A stretch of 64,000 nucleotides of DNA, taken from positions 99,076,001 through 99,140,000 of the forward strand of contig NC_091995.1 in assembly GCF_044704955.1 (NCBI RefSeq), read 5' to 3'. The notes below the pieces were generated by a model. It saw only the letters and a program-made list of their open reading frames with translations. It was not told the DNA's origin and searched no databases. Positions 22,361-33,899 of the stretch are shown here, piece after piece. Position numbers and translations under genes: made by a program. Within the stretch, counting starts at the first letter, position 1; each line of letters starts with the position of its first letter. This DNA is from Pristiophorus japonicus (taxonomy: Eukaryota).

Positions 22361-23462
22361 ACTGAGGGAGCGCCGCACTGTCGGAGGGGCAGTACTGAGG
22401 GAACGCCGCACTGTCGGAGGGGCAGTACTGAGGGAGCGCCGCACTGTCGGAGGGGCAGTACTGAGGGAGTGCCGCACTGTCGGAGGGGCAGTACTGAGGG
22501 AGCGCCACACTGTCGGAGGGGCAGTACTGAGGGAACGCCACACTGTCGGAGGGGCAGTACTGAGGGAGTGCCGCACTGTCAGAGGGGCACTACTGAGGGA
22601 GTGCCGCACTGTCGGAGGGGCAGTACTGAGGGAGCGCCGCACTGTCAGAGGGGCAGTACTAAGGGAGCACCGCACTGTCGGAGGGGCAGTACTGAGGGAG
22701 TGCCGCACTGTCAGAGGGGCAGTACTGAGGGAGCGCCGCACTGTCGGAGGGGCAGTACTGAGGGAGTGCCGCACTGTCGGAGGGGGAGTACTGAGGGAGT
22801 GCCGCACTGTCAGAGGGGCAGTACTGAGGGAGCACCGCACTGTCGGAGGGGCAGTACTGAGGGAGTGCCGCACTGTCAGAGGGGCAGTACTGAGGGAGCG
22901 CCGCACTGTCGGAAGGGTAGTACTGAGGGAGCGCCGCACTGTCGGAAGGGTAGTACTGAGGGAGTGCCGCACTGTCGGAGGGGCAGTACTGAGGGAGCGC
23001 CGCACTGTCGGAAGGGTAGTACTGAGGGAGCGCCGCACTGTCGGAGGGGTAGTACTGAGGGAGTGCCGCACTGTCAGAAGGGCAGTACTGAGGGAGCACC
23101 GCACTGTCGGAGGGGCAGTACTGAGGGAACGCTGCACTGTCGGAGGTGCCGTTTTTCAGATGAGATGTTAATCCTAGGCCCTTTCAGATAGACGTACAAG
23201 GTCCCATGGGCACTATTTCGAAAAAGAGCAGGGGCGTTCTCTCCGGTGTCCTGTGACCAATATTTATCCCTCAACCAACATCACTAAAACAGATTATCTG
23301 GGTCATTATCACATTGCTGTTTGTGGGAGCTTGCTGTGCGCAAATTGGTTGCTGCGTTTTCCACATTACAACAGTGACTGCACTCCAAAAGTACTTCATT
23401 GACTGTAAAGCGCTTCGGGACGTCCTGATGTTGTGAAAGGCGCTATAGAAATGCAAGTTCTT
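22361..23462 (+). mobile_element. Headless Deu-domain SINE starting with a 33-bp array (about 24 copies, 22361-23147)
   Basis: The array runs directly into ggaggtgccgtttttcagatgagatg...gaaaggcgctatagaaatgcaag. Confidence 0.85.
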
Positions 23463-24272
23463 TCTGGAAGGTATCCTGGGAGGACAGTCAGCCCACAGGT
23501 CCCTCTCCCTGGAGGGTCACTGGGCTGAGTGAGACTCTGCCTCTGCTCTCACCACACCTCCCCATTGTTTCCCACACTGTACAGGGGCTTGCCCACTGTG
23601 CTCACACTGCCTGGTGCTCATGCACTGAGTGAATCCACTGCTGTCCTTCCAATGGGCATCAATAAACAGCAGTTACCTCATCGCCTAGCACATTCCTCCT
23701 CTATCTGGTTCCTAGTCCCCTTTAGGAATCTTTCCAACTCCCAGGTTATTCCTTATCCAGTACCACTCTGTCCCATCCCGGAGCTTTCCACTATACCCGT
23801 TTCACATTCCAATCTTAACTCTGGTCCGATAATTCCATATGTTGGCACGATATTCTAATGACACGTCAATATTTCATCAGTAGACAGACTTTATTTGCTT
23901 TCCTAACCTCAGAACTCATCAACCTTGGAGCTCAAGGACATTTCTACAGCCTGTTCCCTTATCATTTACCTGTTCAAGGACAATCTGCTCAAACATGCCG
24001 CCCTGCACGCAACTGCACAACAGTAACTATGGAGTAACCTGTTATTTTCTAAAGACTATTGAAACAGCATGCTTTGTAAACAGAAGCTCTACACCACTAC
24101 AATATGCTCCGTTACTGGCTTATATCGAAAAACAAAGTCCACACTGAGAGATCAGCAGATTGAAATCTTGTGTCCAGGGCTGGAGACAGTGCAGCGAGGA
24201 GTCTGTCTATCTCTCCGTCTCATTCACTGTTTTTCTCTCTGTCTCCATCTCTCTCCCTCTGTCTCTGTCACT

Positions 24273-24567
24273 NNNNNNNNNNNNNNNNNNNNNNNNNNNN
24301 NNNNNNNNNNNNNNNNNNNNNNNNNNNNNNNNNNNNNNNNNNNNNNNNNNNNNNNNNNNNNNNNNNNNNNNNNNNNNNNNNNNNNNNNNNNNNNNNNNNN
24401 NNNNNNNNNNNNNNNNNNNNNNTTTCTCTGCCTCNNNNNNNNNNNNNNNNNNNNNNNNNNNNNNNNNNNNNNNNNNNNNNNNNNNNNNNNNNNNNNNNNN
24501 NNNNNNNNNNNNNNNNNNNNNNNNNNNNNNNNNNNNNNNNNNNNNNNNNNNNNNNNNNNNNNNNNNN
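24273..24567. other. N-run (masked or gap) beside (CT)-rich low-complexity sequence
   Basis: Ns with a tctctgtc-like left flank and a short internal island. Confidence 0.9.
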
Positions 24568-24970
24568 ATGTCAGGAGCCATGCCCTGTAGTACCATTGGG
24601 CTCTGCTGCGGATACAGAGACTGTCTGAACGTGTGAGGCCATCTCCCCACAACTCCTTTCGTTAACCAGTCGCTGTAAGCTGATGGTGGGCCCTTGGATG
24701 CTTTCCACTCCCCACAGCCCGGCTGGTTCACAACAAGCCGTAGGATCGCCCTGGGCCTGCCCTCAGCTGCTCCGTGACTCAGCTAAGGATGGCTAGAACA
24801 GAGGCACCGGGGCTGGGGGTGGGGGGGCTTGGGGTGGGGGTGGGGGAGCTGGGAGCGAGTGGGTGGGGGTGGAGGTGTCGGGGTGGGGTTGCTGGTTGTG
24901 GAGGGTATCCCCCCTCGGGACACGGCTGGGGGTCTCCCCACCTTTCTCCGCCACAGTCTCTGGCCACGGG

Positions 24971-27900
24971 TAATAGGTCCTCACTGTACAGTATAAATGT
25001 ACACGAGGCCCATACTTGAGAGAAGGTCACTCTGTGACCAGTTACCTTTATTACCAATACCTCAAGAACATGAAGGTGGGTGGAGCTTCCCCTATTATAC
25101 CCAGAAAGTCCAGATTAGGAGTGTCTCCCACAAGTTCGACCCCTGTGGTCAATGTTCTCAAGGTCAGATTATGATAGTTACAATGATAGTTGAATACATG
25201 ACATCACCTCCCCCCCCAAAGTCTTATTGGGATCACAGGTTAAGTCTCTCTGGTGGTTTACGCTCCCTTGTAGAGCGCCTGAGTTGGGGCTCCGGTTGTT
25301 GGGCGCTGGCCTGAGTGTCTGCTGTTTGTGGTGCCTCAGGCCTGTCCGGACTGCCCACAGTGACTGGGCTCTCCTCCCTTTGGTTCCGGTGTTCGGTCAC
25401 CTGTGGTGGAGTAAACTCTACATCGTGTTCTTCCTCTGCTTCTTCTATGGGGTTGCTGAACCTCCTTTTTGTTTGATCCACATGTTTGCGGCAGATTTGT
25501 CCATTGGTAAGTTTAACTACCAGAATCCTATTTCCCTCTTTGGCAACCACAGTGCCTGCGAGCCATTTGGGCCCTGCAGCGTAATTAAGGACAAAAACAG
25601 GGTCATTTACATCAATACATCGCGCCCTCGCATTCCTGTCATGGTAGTGATATTGTGACTGGCGCCTGCTCTCGACAATTTCTTTCATGGTGGGGTGTAT
25701 AAGGGATAGCCGGGTTTTGAGCGTCCTTTTCATTAGCAGCTCTGCGGGTGGAACCCCTGTGAGCGAGTGTGGTCGGGATCTATAGGCCAACAGGAGGCGT
25801 GATAAGTGGCTTTGTAGGGAACCCCCTTGGAATCTGAGCATCCCCTGTTTGATTATCTGCACTGCTCGTTCTGCCTGGCCGTTTGAGGCCGGCTTGAACG
25901 GTGCCGTTCTGACATGGTTAATTCCATTGCCTGCCATGAAGTCCTGGAATTCAGTGCTTGTGAAGCACGGGCCATTGTCGCTGACCAAGACGTCCAGTAG
26001 ACCATGGGCAGCGAACATTGCCCGTAGACTTTCTACCGTGTCAGAGGATGTGCTTGAATTTAAAATGGCACATTCAATCCATTTGGAGTAGGCGTGTACT
26101 ACAACCAAAAACATTTTTCCCATGAAAGGACCTGCATAGTCCACATGGATGCGTGACCAAGGCTTGGCGGGCCAGGACCAGGGGCTAAGGGGGGCTTCCC
26201 TGGGTGCGTTGCCCAGCTGAGCACACGTGTTGCACCTGCGAACACAAAGTTCCAGATCTGCGTCTATCCCTGGCCACCAGACGTGTGACCTGGCAATTGC
26301 CTTCATCGTGACAATGCCCGGGTGCTCATTGTGAAATTCTCTGATGAACACCTCTCTGCCCTTCTGGGGCATGACTACTCGGTTTCCCCACAGTAGGCAA
26401 TTGGCCTGAATCGAGAGTTCATCCTTGCGCCTGTAAAATGGTTTAAACTCCTCAGGGCATGCCTCGTACGTGGCTGCCCAGTCCCCATTCAGGACACATT
26501 TCTTAACTAAAGACAGTAGCGGGTCTTTATTAATCTGACGGGCTGTCACAGGTGAGCCTTCGCTTTCAAAAGCTTCAACAGCCATGACCATCTCAGCACC
26601 ATGCTCGGTAGCCCCCTCAGTGGTGGCTAGTGGTAGCCTGCTGAGTGCATCGGCGCAGTTTTCAGTGTCCGGTCTGTGCCGAATTGTGTAGTCGTAGGCG
26701 GCTAACGTAAGTGCCCACCTCTGTATGCGGGCCGATGCATTCGCATTTATGGCCTTGTTGTCGGCCAAAAGGGACGTTAGGGGTTTGAGATCTGTCTCCA
26801 GCTCAAATTTCCTGCCAAACAGGTACTGGTGCATTTTTTTTACTGCATATACACATGCTAGCGCTTCCTTTTCTACCATCCCGTAGCCCCTTTCTGCCTG
26901 GGGCAGACTTCTGGAAAAATAAGCTACCAACTGTAACTGACCCTTGGCATTGACATGCTGCAACACACACCCGACCCCATAGGACGACGCATCGCACATT
27001 AAAACTAGTTTCTTACATGGGTCATATAACGTTAACAAATTGTGTGCTCTATCAAAAGCCCTTTCCTGGCTGTCCCCCCAGATCCAATCGCGACCTTTGC
27101 ATAGGAGCACGTGTAGCGGCTCTAGCAGCGTGCTCAATTTGGGAAGAAAGTTACCAAAATAGTTCAGGAGCACCAGGAACGAACGCAGCTCCGTCGTGTT
27201 ACGGGGTCTAGGTGCTCTCTGGATCGCTTCCGTTTTGGATGCAGTGGGGCTGATCCCGTCTGCTGCTACCCTCCTCCCCAGGAATTCTACCTCTGGAGCT
27301 AAGAAGACGCACTTCGCCTTTTTCAGTCGCAGCCCTACCCGGTCCAGTCAGTATAGCACCTCCCCCAGGTTGTGGAGGTGTTCTTCAGTATCACGACCCG
27401 TGATGAGGATGTCGTCCTGAAAAACCACCGTCCTTGGAATCGACTTGAGGAGGCTTTCCATATTTCGCTGAAAGATCGCGGCGGCCGAGCGAATCCCGAA
27501 TGAACATCTGTTGTACTCAAACAACCCCTTGTGTGTCGTGATGGTGGTCAGCTTCTTCAACTCACTCGCCAGCTCCTGGGTCATGTAAGCTGAGGTCAGG
27601 TCCAATTTTGAAAAAAGTTTGCCACCGGATAGCGTTGCAAAAAGGTCCTCCGCTCTCGGTAGCGGGTACTGGTCTTGGAGTGACACCCGATTGATGGTGG
27701 CCTTGTAATCGCCACATATCCTGACTGACCCATCCGCCTTGAGCACCGGCACAATCGGGCTCGCCCAGTCACTGAATTCGACTGGCGAGATGATGCCTTC
27801 CCTCAGCAGGTGGTCTAATTTGCCTTCTATCTTTTCCCGCATCACGTACGGCACCGCTCTGGCCTTGTGGTGTACTGGCCTGGCGTCTGGGTTTATGTGA

Positions 27901-29686
27901 ATCACGACCTTGGTCCCCATGAAAGTGTCGATTCCGGGTTGAAATAATGAGTCAAATTTGTCCAGTATCTGTGAGCATGATAATCGCTCCACAGAAGAAA
28001 TTGCATTGACATCGCCCCATTTGCAGTTCATGACAGCAAGCCAACTCCTCCCCAGTAGTGCGGGACCGTCCCCCGGGACAATCCAGAGTGGCAACCTGTT
28101 CTCCGAATCTTTGTGGGTCACGACTACCGGGGCGCTGCCTAGCACCGGAATGATCTACTTTGTATATGTCCGTAGCTGTGCGTCAATCAGCAATAATTTT
28201 GGCCTCCTGGCCTTGGACACCCACAACCTTTCGAACTGTTTGATACTCATCGTGGACTGTCTGGCCCTCGTGTTCTAGCTCCATTAATACTGAGATGCCA
28301 TTGAGGAGCACTTTCATCATTATCGGTGGCGTCCTGGTGTATGAACTGTATACGTGCTCCACATGAACTCACTGAACTTCAGCTTCCAGCGATTTCCCCC
28401 AGTGTCCATTTGGTCTCGTAGGGCTTACATCGGGCCCGTCCTCGTACATCAACCTGGCCACAGGCTTCCTGCACATACGCGCCAAGTGACCGCTGACGTT
28501 GCAGGTTCTGCAGGTATATTGCTGATACCTGCAAGTTCTGGCTGGGTGTTTGCCTCCACACCTCCAGCATGAGCTGGAGGCCCCATTGTTGGAAACAAAA
28601 GGTCCATTACCAGTCGATCGTCTCTGACTGTCTCTGTAACTGTCCTTAAGCGCACCATTAACAGGTGTTGATGGCCCCATTACTGGCTGCATTGTCCATT
28701 GCGATGGCATGAATCACCGTTCAGCTAGCCATTGTCTCTGTTGAATTCCCCCTTTTGGGTTCAACTGCATGCTGGGGCACGTCCGATTGCCCTTGTCTGC
28801 CTAGAGAACTGTGTGCTGCGTTAACAATGTTGACTCCCTGGTCGTTTGCCACATTTGAGCCAAGATTTTTGCCATAAATCATTCTGGTCTCTTCCTCCCC
28901 TGAGATAAATGTCTGGGCTATCAGAGCCGCCGCTTCCAAGGTGAAGTCTTTGGTCTCAATCAGTTTCCTGAAAACCCCAGCGTGCCCGATGCCCTCAATG
29001 AAAAAGTCTCGCAGCATCTCTGCTCTGCATGCATCTGGGAACTTACATAGACTCGCCAGTCGCCGGAGGTCTGCCACGAAGTCTGGAACGCTTTGTCCTT
29101 CTCGCCGCCGGTGCGTGTAAAACTGGTGTCTCGCTACGTGCATGCTGCTCACCGGTTAAGGTGTTCCCCGATCAACTTACTGAGCTCTTCGAACGTCTTG
29201 TCCGCTGGCTTCTCTGGCGCTAGAAGGTCCTTCATCAGGGAGTACGCCCTGGATCCACAAATCGTCAGGAGATGAGCCCTGCGTTTGTCGGCCGAATCCT
29301 GTCCCAGCCATTCCTTAGTGACAAAACTTTGCTGTAATCTCTCAATAAAGTCGTCCCAATCATCACCAACACAGTACCTCTCGTCTGTGCTAATAGTGGC
29401 CATGCTCGCGTGGTTTAAATCCCAGTTTCTCATCTCAAATAATATGTCCTTACTATACAGTATAAATGCACATGAGGCCCATACTAGAGAGACGGTCACT
29501 CTGTGACCAGTTACCTTTATTACCAAGACCTCAAGAGCATGAAGGTGGGTGGAGCTTCCCCTTTTATACCCAGAAAGTCCAGGTTAGGAGTGTCTCCCAC
29601 AAGTTCGCCCCCTGTGGTCAATGTTCTCAAGGTGTACAACTTAGGTCAGTTTATACATGGGTTACAATGATAATTGAATACTGACA
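24971..29686 (-). mobile_element. Gypsy/Ty3 LTR retrotransposon (Mag/K02A2.6-like), full length, decayed gag-pol
   Basis: LTRs at 29440-29686 and 24971-25203; TSD ACGGG at 24966-24970 and 29687-29691; PPT ggggggggaggtga. Gag CCHC (CWRCGGKH..C), RT (WASPIVPV, LDLTSAY, FQDD), RNaseH (CDASSYGVG..L), integrase (H..H..C..C, RIHVDYAGP, SDNGP, SNGQAER). Several stops and frameshifts. Confidence 0.96.
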
Positions 29687-29749
29687 ACGGGAGCCAGTTC
29701 TTGTCTCAGATTTCCCGTGCTGCCCCTCCCACCCGGCTATTCTGCTGGA

Positions 29750-30395
29750 ACCATTGACAGCTCCTCTCGACCCAGCTTTTGTTTCTTTACTTGTCCCATT
29801 ACTGCCCTCTATTGCCTCGCTCCATCATCTCTTGCGTATTTCAATCAGTCCCACCCTCCATCCTATCACAGACCGCTTGCCCCTCCCCCTGTACCCTGAC
29901 TCTGAACCTGATTACAAACTGTCGAATCTCGAACACCGAGGAAATGCTGCAAAGCTGAAATAAAACCATAAAATGCTGGAAACACTCAGCAGGTCGGGCA
30001 GCATCTGTGGAGAGAGAAACAGAGAACGTTTCAGGTCGATGAGTTTTTTTCTTCTCTAATTTCCTGTTATGATGAAAGGTCGTTGACCTGAAACATTAAC
30101 TCACTCCCTCTCAGCAACAGTTTGCATTGCTCTAGCACCTTTAGCGTAGTAAATCCCAGGAGGGATTATTGGACAGAATTTGACACCGAGATACAGAAGG
30201 AGATATTGGGACAGGTGACTAAAGGCTTGGTCACAGAGGCAGGTTTTAAGGAGCGTCTTAAAGGAGGAGAGAGAAGCGGGGAGGTTTAGTGAGGGAGTTC
30301 CAGAGCTTGGGGCCCAGGCAGCTGAAGGTATCACCACCACTCTCCACAGATGCTGCCCGACCTGCTGCATGTTTCCAGCATTTTCTGTTTGTATT
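29750..30395. mobile_element. Penelope-like element 3'/pLTR remnants in inverted arrangement, with an L2 fragment (30110-30335, -) inserted
   Basis: aaatgctggaaacactcagcaggtcgggcagcatctgtggagag (about 29970) is the reverse complement of ctctccacagatgctgcccgacctgctg..tttccagcatttt (about 30340-30385); hammerhead-like core at 30069-30094. Confidence 0.6.
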
Positions 30396-30488
30396 CCTTT
30401 GTTAAAGCAGGGTCAAAGTTCCCAGTAACCCTCAGCACCTGGAGATATACCACTAGCCCGGCTATTGAGTGTTGAATTACACCTGAAT

Positions 30489-30776
30489 CATCTGAGGGAG
30501 GCCCTCGCCCTCTCACTGACCATCTGAGGGAGGCCCTCGCCCTCTCACTGACCATCTGAGGGAGGCCCTCGCCCTCTCACTGACCATCTGAGGGAGGCCC
30601 TTGCCCTCTCACTGACCATCTGAGGGAGGCCCTCGCCCTCTCACTGACCATCTGAGGGAGGCCCTCGCCCTCTCACTGACCATCTGAGGGAGGCCCTCGC
30701 CCTCTCACTGACCATCTGAGGGAGGCCCTCGCCCTCTCACTGACCATCTGAGGGAGGCCCTCGCCCTCTCACTGAC
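30489..30776. repeat. 32-bp near-perfect tandem repeat (catctgagggaggccctcgccctctcactgac) x9
   Basis: Period of 32 with a single internal substitution seen. Confidence 0.95.
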
Positions 30777-31074
30777 GAGCTGGCCTTGTCCATGGGAATA
30801 AACACTCCAGCCTTGTGTGTGACAGTCGTTCCTCACTTACTGATCCAGCTGGGAGGATGCAGGAGGAAGGAGTTGCCTTGACCTTCGAGCATTTGTAACA
30901 AGATTGCAATTGAAACAAACAGGTCCGTGCTTTCTGAGCAATATGTCACTCCAGCCCGGCCTCACGCAGACTATTGCTGCCACACGCAGACCCACCATTC
31001 ACCAGTAGGGAGCATACGTGAGCTGCGATGGACTCAATCGGACAGGTGAGTCTCTGAGTAACCCTGTCAATCAG

Positions 31075-32822
31075 CAGGTCCCCCTTGTTCCGGGTACTGT
31101 GGGTGCACAGGGGTACAGGGGTCCCCCTTGTTCCCAGGTACTGTGGGTGCACAGGGGTACAGGGGTCCCCCTTGTTCCCGGGTACTGTGGGTGCACAGGG
31201 GTACAGGGGTCCCCCTTGTTCCCAGGTACTGTGGGTGCACAGGGGTACAGGGGTCCCCCTTGTTCCCAGGTACTGTGGGTGCACAGGGGTACAGGGGTCC
31301 CCCTTGTTCCAGGGTACTGTGGGTGCACAGGGGTACAGGGGTCCCCCTTGTTCCCAGGTACTGTGGGGTACAGGGGTATAGGGGTTCCCCCCTCGTTCCC
31401 AGGTACTGTGGGGTACAGGGCTATAGGGGTTCCCCCCTAGTTCCCAGGTTCTGTGGGGGTTCAGGGGTATAAGGGTCCCCCTTCATTCCCTGATACTGTG
31501 GGGGTACAGGGGTCCTCCTTGTTCCCAGGTACTGTTGGGGTACAGGGGTCCTCCTCGTTCCCAGGTACTGTTGGAGTACAGGGGTACCCCTCGTTCCCAG
31601 GTACCGTGGGGGTACAGGGGTCCCCCTCGTTCCCTGGCACTGTGGGGGTACAGGGGTTCCCCTCGTTCCCAGGTACAGTGGGGGTACAGGGGTACAGGGG
31701 TCCCTCTCGTTCCCAAGTACTGTGGGGGTACAGGATCCCCCTTGCTCCCTGCTACTGTAGGGGTTCAGGCATCCTTCCTTGTTCCCAGGTACTGTGGGGG
31801 TACAGGGGTACAGGGCCCCCACCTTCGTTCCCTGCTACTGTGGGGGTACAGGGGTACAGGGGTCCCCTTCGTTCCCAGGTACTGTGAGTGTACAGGGGTA
31901 CAGGGGTCCCCTCATTCCCAGGTACTGTGAGTGTACAGGGGTACAGGGGTCCCCTCATTCCCAGGTACTGTGAGTGTACAGGGGTACAGGGGCCCCCTCA
32001 TTCCCAGGTACTGTGGGGGTACAGGGGCCCCCTCATTCCCAGGTACTGTGGGGGTACAGGGGCCCCCTCATTACCAGGTACTGTGGGTGTACAGGGGTCC
32101 CCTCATTCCCAGGTACTGTGGGGGTACAGGGGCCCCCTCATTCCCAGGTACTGTGAGTGTACAGGGGTACAGGGGCCCCCTCATTCCCAGGTACCGTGAG
32201 TGTACAGGGGTACAGGGGCCCCCTCATTCCCAGGTACTGCGGGTGTACAGGGGTACAGGGGCCCCCTCATTCCCAGGTACTGTGGGTGTACAGAGGTACA
32301 GGGGCCCCCCTCATTCCCAGGTACTGTGGGTGTACAGAGGTACAGGGGCCCCCCTCATTCCCAGGTACTGTGGGTGTACAGAGGTACAGGGGTCCCCTCA
32401 TTCCCAGGTACAGTGGGTGTACAGGGGTACAGGGGCCCCCCTCATTCCCAGGTACTGTGAGTGTACAGGGGTACAGGGGCCCCCTCATTCCCAGGTACAG
32501 TGGGTGTACAGGGGTACAGGGGTCCCTCTCGTTCCCTGTTACTGCGGGTGTACAGGGGTACAGGGGTCCCCTCATTCCCAGGTACTGTGGGTGTACAGGG
32601 GCCCCCCTCATTCCCAGGTACTGTGGGTGTACAGGGGTACAGGGGCCCCCTCATTCCCTGGTACTGTGGGGGGGTACAGGGGTACAGGGGTCCCTCTCGT
32701 TCCCTGGTACTGTGGGGGTAGAGGGGTCCCCTTCGTTCCCAGGTACAGTGGGTGTACAGGGGTACAGGGGCCCCCCTTGTTCCCTGGAACTGTGGGGGGG
32801 GTACAGGGGTACAGGGGTGCCC
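31075..32822. repeat. 34-44 bp G-rich minisatellite (ggtactgtgggtg[c/t]acaggggtacaggggtcccccttgttccca)
   Basis: Tandem units with an internal gtacagggg duplication; sequence drifts along the array. Confidence 0.93.
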
Positions 32823-33510
32823 TGGTTATGTTACTAGACTAATAATCCAGTGAACGTGAGCTCAAATCCCACCGTGGGCAGTTTGAGAGTTTGAATTCAG
32901 TTAAAAAAATCTGGAAATAAAAATATGTGATCAGTAAATGTAACCATGAAGTTGTCAGATTGTCATAAAAACCCAACTGACTCACTGCTGTCCCTTGTCT
33001 TTCTGATGGGACGTTAAACCGAGGCCCCGTCTGCTCTCTCAGGTGGATGTAAAAGTTCACATAACACTATTACAAAGAAGAGCAGGGGAGTTCTCCCCGG
33101 TGTCCTGGGGCCAATATTTATCCCTCAACCAACATCACTAAAACAGATTATCTGGGTCATTATCACATTGCTGTGTGTGGGAGCTTGCTGTGCGTAAATT
33201 GGCTGCCGCGTTTCCCACATTACAACAGTGACTACACTCCAAAAGTACTTCATTGGCTGTAAAGCACTTTAAGATGTCTGGTGGTCGTGAAAGGTTCTAT
33301 ATAAATGCAAGTCTTTCTTCTTTCTTTCGGGAAGGAAACCTGGCGCCCTTACCCAGGCCTGTATGTGACTCCAGTCCTATACCGATGGGGTTGGCTCCAG
33401 ACTGCAGCGGTTCGAGCAGAAGGCAGCTCACCACCGCCACCTTCTGAGGGGCAACTGGAGACGGGCAATAAATGCCAGCCCAGGCAGCACAGCCCACATC
33501 CCGGGAATTA
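32823..33510 (+). mobile_element. tRNA-headed SINE split by a Deu-domain SINE fragment (about 33000-33320)
   Basis: Head ..gagctcaaatcccacc..tttgaattcagtt; tail gggcaataaatgccagcc..cccacatcccg. The Deu fragment has no array. Confidence 0.6.
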
Positions 33511-33899
33511 ATATAACAAACGGTAACGGTGCAATGGGCCGGGAATCCCTGGTCCCATGGTAACGAGTAGCCTGTAGCACTGAGCAGCTCCCTGAGGGAG
33601 GTTCTGTAGTGAGACTGTGTCTTGTGGGGGGATCTTAGACCCTGTTCATTCGCGGCAAGGTGCAGGGAGTGGCTGATCGATCTATAACCGAAGGGGATTG
33701 AGTTTACAGGGCGCGGAGAGCAGGTGCATGGTTACTATGACTAATGTACAAGGCAGAAACTAAATCTTGTGTTTCTCAATAAACTTGGTTCAATCGCCTC
33801 CCGGACCTATTAATAAAGTTAATTGAAGTAGCATTCTTCTTGCAATCCTCGTGTCCAAATCCCTCCCTAGCTTCGCCCCTCCATCTCTCTGTAACCGCC

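Noticed and set aside
6169-23191. Mucin-like or Cys-rich ORFs (STAPPTVRHSL, PQYCPSDSAAL, HCRRGSTEG)
   Set aside because: Translations of the SINE-derived 33-bp arrays.
24069-24731. ORFs spanning N-runs (also 52036-52913)
   Set aside because: Artefacts of translating masked or gap bases.
25233-27173. 646-aa RNaseH-integrase ORF as a domesticated gene
   Set aside because: It lies in a Gypsy with both LTRs and TSD, shows small deletions relative to the sister copy, and the upstream pol is broken.
30489-30776. CRISPR-like palindromic repeats (also considered for the 33-bp arrays)
   Set aside because: Units are head-to-tail with no unique spacers, there are no cas genes, and the context is vertebrate.
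31018-32842. Collagen/elastin-like G/P/V-rich ORFs
   Set aside because: Minisatellite with variable unit length and frame switching.
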